60,409 nt of DNA from a virus. Under the pieces are notes generated by a model. That model had not been told where the DNA came from. It worked only from the letters and a program-made list of their open reading frames with translations, and searched no databases. A program made the position numbers and the translations under genes. Numbering within the stretch: the stretch's first letter is position 1; every line of letters begins with the position of its first letter. This document shows, in pieces, positions 14,987-23,435 of the stretch. The DNA is taken from the IMG/VR virus record IMGVR_UViG_3300045988_116135; one strand, written 5' to 3'.

Positions 14987-15271
14987 TTAATGTGGTCTCG
15001 TCTTTTTGGAAAAGAACCTTTCCTGAGCGAGCTTTACGTCCACTAGGATATATTTGCCATTTTGTTTTATGGCATCCCCGAAAATCCCCTTCTTCTTGTA
15101 TCTCGCTATGGTGGATGTACTTACTTGGAGCAATTTCGCCAAGGAATCTAGTCCCCTCACGTACTTCCGGGATGGATCTTCTTCTTTTTGGGTGGCTAGC
15201 CTTGATATGATCAAGTCCGCTAGTTGTCCGGCTGTCACTTGGGTTGCCGGTAATTCCGCTATATTCTCCAT
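14987..15271 (-). CDS. Helix-turn-helix DNA-binding protein (excisionase/MerR-like HTH_17 type)
   Basis: LDSLAKLLQVSTSTIARYKKKGIFGDAIKQNGKYILVD. Confidence 0.5.
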   Translation of the reverse strand: MENIAELPATQVTAGQLADLIISRLATQKEEDPSRKYVRGLDSLAKLLQVSTSTIARYKKKGIFGDAIKQNGKYILVDVKLAQERFFSKKTRPH

Positions 15272-15281
15272 ATTATTATTG

Positions 15282-15671
15282 TTATAATGTTATATTCCTC
15301 CCTCTACAGCCTCTAAAAGCCCTAGAGGATATCTCTATTCTAGCTATGCACCGGCACCTTTGCCTTGCCCTTCTCATTTCCAGATGAGAATCCACGCAAA
15401 GGATAAGTAGCAAGACGCACGCCACGGCCGAATGAACCATCTGTTGTATATTTACGTTAGCCTTTATATCGCACAGTCTCTCGCATAGCTTTATGGCCAA
15501 TTCCCTTCCGTTCCTTACGCCAAGTATCTCGAAAGCCGTCCTTAGCTGGTTTATGATAGTATGCAACGACCTGTGTTTTTTCTCGGCTATCTCCTTTTTC
15601 TCGAATCCCACGGCGTAATACTGGGCCGTGTAATCACATTCCTCGGTTAACTCGGTGAATACCCTTTCCAT
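15282..15671 (-). CDS. LuxR/GerE-type HTH regulator-like protein
   Basis: GFEKKEIAEKKHRSLHTIINQLRTAFEILGVRNGRELAIKL. Confidence 0.5.
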   Translation of the reverse strand: MERVFTELTEECDYTAQYYAVGFEKKEIAEKKHRSLHTIINQLRTAFEILGVRNGRELAIKLCERLCDIKANVNIQQMVHSAVACVLLLILCVDSHLEMRRARQRCRCIARIEISSRAFRGCRGRNITL

Positions 15672-15677
15672 GATCTG

Positions 15678-15875
15678 TCATGTTAAGCGTCTGACATAAA
15701 CGATCCCTTCCTCCTTGTTTGATACGGAAGACCATTTTCTCCCCTCTCTATAATACTTAGCGTTTAACAGAGACACGTTATTTCTAACCGTCTCCAACAC
15801 TTCTATAGGGAATGATAGTTTCTCAGATACTTTCATTTCTCTGATCTTTCTTTTGCTTTCCACTTTTTTCTGCAT
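15678..15875 (-). CDS. Hypothetical protein (65 aa)
   Basis: ATG ORF, 30 nt downstream of hairpin element copy B. Confidence 0.5.
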   Translation of the reverse strand: MQKKVESKRKIREMKVSEKLSFPIEVLETVRNNVSLLNAKYYREGRKWSSVSNKEEGIVYVRRLT

Positions 15876-15904
15876 GATTTACATTTCCTTTTTATTTATA
15901 ATAG

Positions 15905-15957
15905 CTCCCCTACAACCTCCAACGGTTTCGAACCCGAATCATAGACGGGTAGGGGAG
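15905..15957. repeat. Hairpin element copy B (9-bp outer stem CTCCCCTAC/GTAGGGGAG)
   Basis: The core at 15912-15939 is identical to 14872-14899. Confidence 0.85.
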
Positions 15958-16226
15958 TGTATCTTATGCGTTAGATAGACAGTTTGACACCGATACGGAA
16001 ATATCCGTACTTCACTGACACGACGTAATATCTAACCTTTGTATATACATTATTAAATATGTAGACTCCAACATCGGAACCGATTAAACTACATCGGGAG
16101 CGGGGATCATCATCCCTTCCGGTATCTTCGCCTATCATAACCTTACCCGCCATACCTATATCTCTTGCGTATATCCTCTTATGGGGATAAGGATTTTATT
16201 CAATAAGTCAAAGAACTCTTTTTTAG

Positions 16227-16300
16227 TGGCCCTTCCGGGATTCAAACCCGGGACCTGCGGTTTAGGAAACCGTCGCTCTGTTCGTCTGAGCTAAAGGACC
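16227..16300 (-). tRNA. tRNA-Arg(CCU): tRNA-Arg (anticodon CCU)
   Basis: GGTCCTT TA GCTC AGACGAACA GAGC G ACGGT TTCCTAA ACCGC AGGTC CCGGG TTTGAAT CCCGG AAGGGCC A. No encoded CCA. Confidence 0.9.
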
Positions 16301-16378
16301 TTATATCATTTTGGCATGTTTATGCCATTTCGTTATTTCAATCTTTATCGTATCTTTGTGCGTGATTGAATGATGATG

Positions 16379-16454
16379 CAAACATACTGAAAATATTTCA
16401 GTATATATTATTGTTTTGCTGAAATATTTTCAGCATAAACATTATTTAACTTTG
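16379..16454. promoter_or_regulatory. Divergent promoter/operator region of the lysis-lysogeny switch
   Basis: O1 is CTGAAA-ATA-TTTCAG (16387-16401). O2 is its exact reverse complement, CTGAAA-TAT-TTTCAG (16419-16433). A leftward -7 box TATGTTTG lies at 16386-16379 (minus) and a rightward -7 box TAACTTTG at 16447-16454. Confidence 0.55.
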
Positions 16455-16619
16455 TGCGTTTTTTTCGTACATGGATATAAGGAGTTTTTGATAAAGGCAA
16501 TATTCGTAAATGTTGTGGGTTTTAGGAAATTGCTTGTATAGTCCCTAAAGGGATATTATTAATCTGTATGGTATCATCCGCAACATGATAACATATAATT
16601 TTACAGAAAAAAAATCAGC

Positions 16620-17060
16620 ATGACGACGAAGGAAAGATTAATATCATTTCTTGCCTATATAGGTATTAGTCAAGGTGGCTTTGAGAAAAAAGTGGGTTTA
16701 TCTACTGGATTTGTAAATAATATAGGAGATAGTATCAGAAGAACATCATTGGATAAAATATCTTCTATTTATCCTGATCTAAATATTGCATGGCTTCTTA
16801 CAGGTGTTGGTGATATGCTAACCTCTGACGTTCCACCCGCACGATCAGTGGATATCCCGGAAGAAATAGGTGACGGCTTTAATCCAAGGGAACTGCTAGA
16901 TATCATACATGATCTAACGGCGCAAGGCAAGCAAAACGCGGAGGCGAACGAAAGGAACAGCCGGAATATCGAGAAACTCATAGGCCTGTTGGCCGAGTCG
17001 TTGAAGCAAGAGAGAGACGATAGGTCCGGGAACCGGCAAGGAGAGAAAGATTCTGCTTAA
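16620..17060 (+). CDS. CI-like phage repressor (HTH)
   Basis: ERLISFLAYIGISQGGFEKKVGLSTGFVNN..LDKISSIYPDLNIAWLLTGVGDM fits the phage CI repressor HTH pattern. The gene is divergent from the early genes. Confidence 0.65.
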   Translation: MTTKERLISFLAYIGISQGGFEKKVGLSTGFVNNIGDSIRRTSLDKISSIYPDLNIAWLLTGVGDMLTSDVPPARSVDIPEEIGDGFNPRELLDIIHDLTAQGKQNAEANERNSRNIEKLIGLLAESLKQERDDRSGNRQGEKDSA

Positions 17061-17132
17061 TAACATGTGAGTGTTGCAAAACAAACTTTTTCGCTGTACT
17101 GTTTAATTATTACCTTAAAAAATCTAATTAAT

Positions 17133-17318
17133 ATGGTTGGTGATTATGACGATAGAGTAGAGCAGATAATTCGGCTGGCGGAAGATTTGTTTTTAGAGAA
17201 AAGAAAAGTGGTAATGACGGTAAGAGTGTATAACCGTGGTATAGCGAATCCTGAGATATCCAAGCGATGCCTTTATGTCAAGCGTAGGAATGTTGATTCT
17301 AGCGAATTTTCAACATAG
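17133..17318 (+). CDS. Possible small protein (61 aa from ATG; track start 17067 is GTG)
   Basis: ORF only. Confidence 0.3.
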   Translation: MVGDYDDRVEQIIRLAEDLFLEKRKVVMTVRVYNRGIANPEISKRCLYVKRRNVDSSEFST

Positions 17319-17359
17319 AGATATTAAATATGATAATAAGTCAAATAGACCAATAAAAC

Positions 17360-17387
17360 ACGCCCGTGTCAGAAAAAACACGGGCGT
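17360..17387 (-). terminator. Terminator between convergent genes
   Basis: ACGCCCGTGT-8 nt-ACACGGGCGT, with a T-run on the minus-strand side (TTTTATTG). Confidence 0.65.
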
Positions 17388-17417
17388 TATACTTTGGCGA
17401 TGCGAAAAATAGAACTA

Positions 17418-18044
17418 TTACTTGTTGTCATGTTGAATTCTCCTGAACTCCTCGCTCTTGGCGAAGCTACTGACTTGATCCCCCTTGCACATATCGTAGG
17501 TGATAAAGGTCTTCAGCAGAAAAACATCCGGCCCTACGGCTTTGAATCCCATCGCAATTCCCTCTTTACAGGTGGCTAATACATTCTCCCGGTACCCTCC
17601 GTCCACCTCTTCGTGCGAAAATGTGAATGAATAACTATTGTTTATCTCGAAGTACCGCTTAATCAACTCTTTGCCTGTAAGGTTAATTCCCATCCGATCG
17701 GCGAACCGGCTGAAGAAGTGAGGAGGAAACGCGAGAAGAACCATCTTGCCATTGACAAAGACAGGCATATAGGCATACTTGCCATGATTGGTATCATGGT
17801 AGCACACAAAAGAGATCCGGCAATTGTCGCCTATATCCTTTTTATTGTGGGCCTCCCATAATATCAGCCACTTGTTTTTACGCTTAGTGGTAACAAATGA
17901 GTGGATGCGCACAGGAAAGATGCCGGATTTATTGATTATCCGGCTCACCTTAGCGTCCTTGGTATCGGATACGGAGAATATATTGGGATAATCAGCTTTG
18001 ATCTCCTCCAACAATTCGGAGGGTGTCATGCTTGTCGTTATCAT
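17418..18044 (-). CDS. Hypothetical protein (208 aa), last gene of a 3-gene coupled operon
   Basis: 4-nt start/stop overlap with the HTH gene. No motif recognised. Confidence 0.6.
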   Translation of the reverse strand: MITTSMTPSELLEEIKADYPNIFSVSDTKDAKVSRIINKSGIFPVRIHSFVTTKRKNKWLILWEAHNKKDIGDNCRISFVCYHDTNHGKYAYMPVFVNGKMVLLAFPPHFFSRFADRMGINLTGKELIKRYFEINNSYSFTFSHEEVDGGYRENVLATCKEGIAMGFKAVGPDVFLLKTFITYDMCKGDQVSSFAKSEEFRRIQHDNK

Positions 18045-18241
18045 ATTATTTCTATTTTAACTTCTAGTGCGTCACATATCTTCGCAAGGATATCTATCCC
18101 AACGGAGAACTTCCCGTTCTCGACGTTGCTGATAGTTGCTGCCCGAAGATTGGCAAGTTCGGCCAGTTGCCGAACCGTGTAGCCTCTCTCCTTTCGGATT
18201 ACGGCTATTCGTTTCCCTATTCGTTGTCTCTCATTCATCAT
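18041..18241 (-). CDS. XRE-family HTH protein (66 aa)
   Basis: IGKRIAVIRKERGYTVRQLAELANLRAATISNVENGKFSVGIDILAKICDAL. Confidence 0.8.
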   Translation of the reverse strand: MMNERQRIGKRIAVIRKERGYTVRQLAELANLRAATISNVENGKFSVGIDILAKICDALEVKIEII

Positions 18242-18444
18242 CTTACAACTGCATCTTCAATAATTGCGCTGTATAGTATTCCCATCTGGTCCTTAACGTT
18301 AGAACGCTCCAAGTCGATGGTCAACCCTTCAAGATTAATACCCGCTTCTTCTGTCAGTTCTCTTACATGATCTTCGTCACGCGCAATTGCGTGATAAAGT
18401 ACAGTTTCGTAATGATTCTCTTCGTAGATATTGTATGAGTTCAT
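18238..18444 (-). CDS. Hypothetical protein (68 aa)
   Basis: ATG ORF with a 4-nt overlap with the HTH gene. Confidence 0.5.
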   Translation of the reverse strand: MNSYNIYEENHYETVLYHAIARDEDHVRELTEEAGINLEGLTIDLERSNVKDQMGILYSAIIEDAVVR

Positions 18445-18648
18445 AATCTTATATTTTATAACATTGAAAATTGCTTGTTTATTAATTCAAAAACACGTAC
18501 CTATGCACCGCATATCAGAAATTATATTAGTCGCCTTCGGGCGTGGATTGAAACGAACTAATTTCTACTATCGTAGATGGCAGCGACGCTGCATTCACGG
18601 ATTTCTCCGTGGGGATTTACAGGGAGTTTTCAGACTCCCTGTTTTTTG

Positions 18649-19011
18649 TTATTTAAATAACTCTATCTCGTCCTTAAGCCATTGAGGTATATTGACTTCA
18701 CCATAATAATCATCAATATAATCCCAATGGGGTAAACTCTCCTTAATGTCTTTCGCAATAACCTTTTTTGTAAGGATCCAGTTTTTTTCATTTCCATACT
18801 CATCACCCCAATTACCATATCGAGCTTCATATGTGACGAGAGGTATAAGATATTTTGGGCACTCGATATAGTGCTCTCCTTGTCCCCAGTATTTTAAATA
18901 CAACTCGTCATCATCCGTATCTAAAAATATTGTTGCGGACTTATAGTAATCATTGTAGCGTCCAGCAAAATCAGACTTTAGCTTTCTTGCCGTTTTGTCT
19001 ATCTGTCTCAT
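18649..19011 (-). CDS. Hypothetical protein (120 aa)
   Basis: ATG ORF. Confidence 0.55.
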   Translation of the reverse strand: MRQIDKTARKLKSDFAGRYNDYYKSATIFLDTDDDELYLKYWGQGEHYIECPKYLIPLVTYEARYGNWGDEYGNEKNWILTKKVIAKDIKESLPHWDYIDDYYGEVNIPQWLKDEIELFK

Positions 19012-19203
19012 ACTTATTGTCGCTGAATTGTTACTGTTGCCACCAGCTCTATTGTTATTTTGATGTTACAAAGATAAGTATAATATTGTTTGTTACCAAA
19101 TAGCGTAACAGAAATATTTATAGAATTAACAACAATTAATATTCCAGCCCTGTGTTATCCTTCCATCCTTTTTTGTTTGATTATATCATTATGTTTCCTT
19201 GTT

Positions 19204-19458
19204 TTATACGGGCGATGTGGTCTTGGTATACGGCGTGTTTTCTTCCTCTTTTTCCTCCAGTACTTTTTTAAGCTGATAGAGGCTCAAAATATCATACTCA
19301 AATGTTGGATTTTCCCAGTTCTTCCGGACGGAGTTCGTTTGGACCGAGATAAATTTTCGGAGGTCAAATATGTATTGACACGGGCTTAGCCTGATTTCAT
19401 TAAATGTAATCTCGTAGTTATCAAACCACTCCAAAAGTTGTTTTAGTTCCTCGTTCAT
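19204..19458 (-). CDS. Hypothetical protein (84 aa)
   Basis: ATG ORF. Confidence 0.5.
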   Translation of the reverse strand: MNEELKQLLEWFDNYEITFNEIRLSPCQYIFDLRKFISVQTNSVRKNWENPTFEYDILSLYQLKKVLEEKEEENTPYTKTTSPV

Positions 19459-19491
19459 AATATATTCTTGTTTTTTATATAAGATGCTTGT

Positions 19492-20772
19492 TTATATCTT
19501 ATCGAACTTGCTCATCTCGTCCTCCTTCAGCTTGTCCACTATATGAGTGTAAGGTTTCATGGCCTTGAGGTCGTTGTGCCCTGTCCATCTCATGATGACT
19601 TGAGGGGGGATGCCTAACATGAGGGCGTTGACGACAAACGTCTTCCTTGCGACATGGGTAGTAAGCCGTTCCCACTTGTGGAATGTCTGCTGTATTCGCT
19701 TGTTGCCCTCGTACCATACCTCGGTTATCTCGGAGTCCAGCTCCGCCATCTTGCCGAGATCCTTTAGATGCATGTTGTATTTCTGATTGGACAATACAGG
19801 CAGCGCCTTCCCGTTCTTGAGCTCGATGTCTTCGTATTTCTCAAGTATTGATTTGCTGTACTTGTTCAACTCGATCTGTATGTTGTCGCTGTCCTTCTGT
19901 GTCACGATGTCAATCTTCCCGTTAATGATATCCGTCTTCCTTAAGTTATATACGTCGGAGTAACGGAGGCCGGTGAAGCAGCAGAAGCAGAAAACGTCAC
20001 GGACGGTGGATAACGTCCCTTCCTTTATATACATATTATATATACGCATCAGTTCCTCCCATGTCAAGTATATGACTTTCTTCAGCTCGAAGTTCGCCCC
20101 TTTAAGCCTTGGGCTGAACCTTCGATAGTCCTTTCTCGTGTTGTATCCCTTGTCGTCGGCCCATAAAAGGAATTGCTTTATGAAGTGGAGGTACTTGTTC
20201 AACGTGGTATTCCTTATACCCTTGTATTCCCTTAAGAACTCTACGAAGTCTTGCAAGGTATCCTCCGACAGGTCATCGAACTTGATCTGTGGATTGAACT
20301 CCTCCAGAAGGTGCATGATCGAGTTATGTTTGTAGTGCGATGTCTTCGTCCATGCGTTCTGCCTCCCTACCGTATCGATAAACTCCTTATAGATATCGAA
20401 CAGGGATATCGGCTTCCTCTCTTCCTCTTTTACCCGGCCTGTCGCAACCTTGAACTTTTCCTTGATATCGTTGGCGCTAGGCATCTCGCCCTCTCTCTCG
20501 TATTGGCGGAATATGTTTTGCAATGTGGCACGTATATCGTCAAGATCGGAGTTTATCTCGGAAGAGCTTTCCCCGGCCTTGTTGAAGCATCCGTTTTTAA
20601 CGATGCCCTTCTCCGGGACGAACTTGCTTGCGTCTATCCTATGACCCGTGAAAAACGTTATCCTGTTCCGGTTGAACGTAACCATGCATCGGATAGGTAC
20701 GTTCTTTACGATCAATAGCCCATCCTTCTTCCTTTTCTCTACGTCAAACGTTATGCTCCTCTTTATTTCCAT
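19492..20772 (-). CDS. int: Tyrosine recombinase / phage integrase (Bacteroidota type)
   Basis: Catalytic residues in context: FTGLRYSDVYNL (R), HVARKTF (HxxR), WTGHNDLKAMKPYTHI (H..Y). The N-terminal arm-binding-like segment reads MEIKRSITFDVEKRKKDG. The start is set at ATG 20772. Confidence 0.9.
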   Translation of the reverse strand: MEIKRSITFDVEKRKKDGLLIVKNVPIRCMVTFNRNRITFFTGHRIDASKFVPEKGIVKNGCFNKAGESSSEINSDLDDIRATLQNIFRQYEREGEMPSANDIKEKFKVATGRVKEEERKPISLFDIYKEFIDTVGRQNAWTKTSHYKHNSIMHLLEEFNPQIKFDDLSEDTLQDFVEFLREYKGIRNTTLNKYLHFIKQFLLWADDKGYNTRKDYRRFSPRLKGANFELKKVIYLTWEELMRIYNMYIKEGTLSTVRDVFCFCCFTGLRYSDVYNLRKTDIINGKIDIVTQKDSDNIQIELNKYSKSILEKYEDIELKNGKALPVLSNQKYNMHLKDLGKMAELDSEITEVWYEGNKRIQQTFHKWERLTTHVARKTFVVNALMLGIPPQVIMRWTGHNDLKAMKPYTHIVDKLKEDEMSKFDKI

Positions 20773-20818
20773 GATAAAAACGTGTTGCGTGTAACTACGC
20801 GAATTTACACGCAAAAAA

Positions 20819-20920
20819 CATGACATCATATGACATAACATGATATTTAGTGACTGTTTAAAAACACATGAAATCGTTGAACATGAGCGCATATGATATT
20901 GTTTGATAATGTATGACAGT
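20819..20920. promoter_or_regulatory. Cluster of five (C/T)ATGA(C/T)A repeats upstream of int; candidate integrase arm sites / attP arm
   Basis: CATGACAT, ATATGACAT, ACATGATAT, CATATGATAT and GTATGACAG were read directly. Confidence 0.3.
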
Positions 20921-20947
20921 ATAAGTTATGGTCTCTCCATCTCCACA

Positions 20948-20988
20948 ACAGCCTTGGTAATCTGCTGATTGTCAAGGCTGTTTTTATT
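20948..20988 (+). terminator. Hairpin plus T-run (ACAGCCTTG-16 nt-CAAGGCTGT-TTTTATT)
   Basis: Read directly. It sits in the int to late-operon intergenic region. Confidence 0.55.
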
Positions 20989-20990
20989 AC

Positions 20991-21013
20991 TACACGTAAA
21001 AATACACGTAAAA
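20991..21013. repeat. Tandem 11-mer TACACGTAAAA x2 (12-nt period)
   Basis: Read directly. A possible protein-binding site in the candidate attP region. Confidence 0.6.
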
Positions 21014-21146
21014 GGCGTTTTTTTATAGGATTTTTGATGTCTTAATTCTCCATCGTGACAAATATAACGTTTTTCCTTCTCAATTCCCAATTATGATCAA
21101 TAACATATTTTATGGATACAGTGTAGCCGTCATGTATATTATTCAT

Positions 21147-21154
21147 TATATTTG
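21147..21154 (+). promoter_or_regulatory. Candidate Bacteroidota -7 box TATATTTG for the rightward (late) operon
   Basis: Matches TAnnTTTG, 34 nt upstream of ATG 21188. Confidence 0.4.
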
Positions 21155-21187
21155 CGGGACAGGTGCGTAACTTAAAGTTACGAAAAT

Positions 21188-21604
21188 ATGTTTTCAAATA
21201 TTTTTGAGCTCAAATCCATTCGTGAGCAAAAGTACAGACTCTCTGAGCGTGAATCGGAGATCGCTAAACCTGTGTTAACCGACTTGGGCATGATCGATAC
21301 CCTATATGAGTGGTTCAAGGAGATAGCCCTCGGAGGAAAGCCAATCCCTAAAGGGAATGTACCGCAAAGGAAAAAATTCATATTCATAATATTATATCTT
21401 TATTCTCCTATGACCTTGGCTGGCGGTAAGATGAAGGCTGGGTTGAGAGAAAAACTAGGGAACGTGCTAGGGATTAAGGAGAAGACAGTAGTTTCCAATA
21501 ATATCAATGGCATAGTTTTTTCTTATCAATTGTATAAGTACTTTAGGCAAGATATAGAGCGTATTTTCTCTGAGATATCGATTCGGCTGGGTAAGACCAA
21601 ATAA
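21188..21604 (+). CDS. Hypothetical protein (138 aa), first gene of the rightward operon
   Basis: ATG ORF. Confidence 0.6.
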   Translation: MFSNIFELKSIREQKYRLSERESEIAKPVLTDLGMIDTLYEWFKEIALGGKPIPKGNVPQRKKFIFIILYLYSPMTLAGGKMKAGLREKLGNVLGIKEKTVVSNNINGIVFSYQLYKYFRQDIERIFSEISIRLGKTK

Positions 21605-21729
21605 ATTTTGTGGTTTTTTAGGGGTAATTCGTGACATTCTACCTGTTGTCACGAATCGCCCTTTCTTTATTTATGACCATAAATATCGATGACATAACTT
21701 TGGTCTTGATCTTTATTCAAGGCAAAGAC

Positions 21730-22275
21730 ATGAAATTGACAATCAAGCAAGAGAAGTTCTGTAATTATTACTTGGAATCAGGCAATGCTTCCGAGGCGTA
21801 TAGGCGTGCTTATTCTTGCGAGAATATGAGACCCGAGACTATTAATATAAGGGCTTGCGAGCTTCTAGCCAACGGTAAGATAGCGGTAAGGGTAAAAGAG
21901 TTGCAAGCTGATTTACAAAGAAGATCGGATATAACCAAAGACGAGGCTATTGATATCCTTAAGAATATAGCACGGGCCAATGTCGTGGATATGTTGCAAA
22001 TCAAGAGGGGAAAGAACTATGTGATCTTCTTGATAAAAGATTTGTCTAAACTGCCTTTGTCTTTCCAATTAGCTATCCAATCGGTCAAAAGTACGGATAA
22101 GGGCTTTGAGGTAAAGATGTATTCCAAGATAGACGCTTTGGATCGCCTTTCGAAGATGATGGGATGGGATGCGCCTGTCAAATCGGAGGTCAATATAGAT
22201 GGCGAGGATAAATCCATAACTATTCAGGTTATTGACAAGAGGGAGGACGTTATCAATGGTGATACAGACGACTAG
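21730..22275 (+). CDS. terS: Terminase small subunit
   Basis: KLTIKQEKFCNYYLESGNASEAYRRAYSCE fits the Terminase_2 pattern. The start is set at ATG 21730; the track start is GTG. Confidence 0.85.
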   Translation: MKLTIKQEKFCNYYLESGNASEAYRRAYSCENMRPETINIRACELLANGKIAVRVKELQADLQRRSDITKDEAIDILKNIARANVVDMLQIKRGKNYVIFLIKDLSKLPLSFQLAIQSVKSTDKGFEVKMYSKIDALDRLSKMMGWDAPVKSEVNIDGEDKSITIQVIDKREDVINGDTDD

Positions 22276-23434
22276 GATATATACGGAGGTACAGGGCGCT
22301 TTGGATAGCGGTTATAAGATCATATCTGCCCAAGGATCTTCAAGGAGCAGTAAAACTTATAACATATTGATATTCCTTATAGCGTATATCCTTCATAACC
22401 CTAAGCTGTCTCTATCTATCGTGAGGAAGACATTGCCGGCGCTGAAGGGATCTGTCTTCCGGGATTTCAAGGAAATCATGATCGATAAGTTCCGTATATG
22501 GGATAATAGGTGCATGAACAAGTCGGAGATGGTTTACTCGTTCCCAAATGGATCATTCGTGGAGTTCTTTTCCACGGATGATGAGCAGAAGATAAGAGGA
22601 AGGAAACGTGATATACTTTATTGTAACGAGGGAAATGAGATATCTTATCTTGAGTGGCAGCAACTGGTGATGCGTACCACTCTTTTCTCTGTCATTGATT
22701 ATAACCCGTCGTTCAGTGACGAGCACTGGATTTGCGATCTAAACAATGACCCTAGGACGTATCATTTTATATCCACTTATAAGGACAATCCTTTTTTAGA
22801 GCAAACAATCATCGATGAGATAGAGTCATTGAAGAATAAGAATAAGGTGCTTTGGGCGGTTTATGGGTTAGGGCAGCGGGCGATGGCCGAAGGGTTGGTG
22901 TTCCCTGATTTCGAGATCGTGGACGAGTTCCCTTCCTATGCCAAGCATGTGGCGTTAGGGCTTGACTTTGGATATAGCTATGACCCTACCGCTATAGTTA
23001 GATGCGGATTGGTTGATGATAGGTTATATCTTGACGAGAAATGTTACCGTACCCATATGTTAACCAAGGAGATTATTAAGGTATTGAAAGACCTTGGCTT
23101 GGTGGTTTACGCTGACAGCGCCGATCCAAGGCTTATACAAGAAATATCAAATGCGGGGATAATCATATACCCTGCGGACAAGTACAAGGGATCTGTTATG
23201 GGAGGTATTATCAAGATGATGGAGTATAAGATTTGTGTCACCAAGAGATCTTTAAACTTGATAAAAGAGCTTAGGAACTATGTATACGCCCAAAACAAGG
23301 ACGGTAAATTTATCAATGAGCCTATTGACGGGTATAACCATCTTATCGACGGGGCACGTTATTGGACGATAGGCAAGCTTCTAGGAAAAGTATTAACAAC
23401 AAGACAGTACTCTAAGGAGGAGTTAGGATTTTAA
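22256..23434 (+). CDS. terL: Terminase large subunit (PBSX/Terminase_3-like)
   Basis: Walker-A-like GSSRSSKT. Nuclease motifs LDFGYSYDPTAIV and ADSADPRLIQEI. ATG at 22256; the track start 22232 is TTG. Confidence 0.9.
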   Translation: MVIQTTRIYTEVQGALDSGYKIISAQGSSRSSKTYNILIFLIAYILHNPKLSLSIVRKTLPALKGSVFRDFKEIMIDKFRIWDNRCMNKSEMVYSFPNGSFVEFFSTDDEQKIRGRKRDILYCNEGNEISYLEWQQLVMRTTLFSVIDYNPSFSDEHWICDLNNDPRTYHFISTYKDNPFLEQTIIDEIESLKNKNKVLWAVYGLGQRAMAEGLVFPDFEIVDEFPSYAKHVALGLDFGYSYDPTAIVRCGLVDDRLYLDEKCYRTHMLTKEIIKVLKDLGLVVYADSADPRLIQEISNAGIIIYPADKYKGSVMGGIIKMMEYKICVTKRSLNLIKELRNYVYAQNKDGKFINEPIDGYNHLIDGARYWTIGKLLGKVLTTRQYSKEELGF

Positions 23435-23435
23435 C

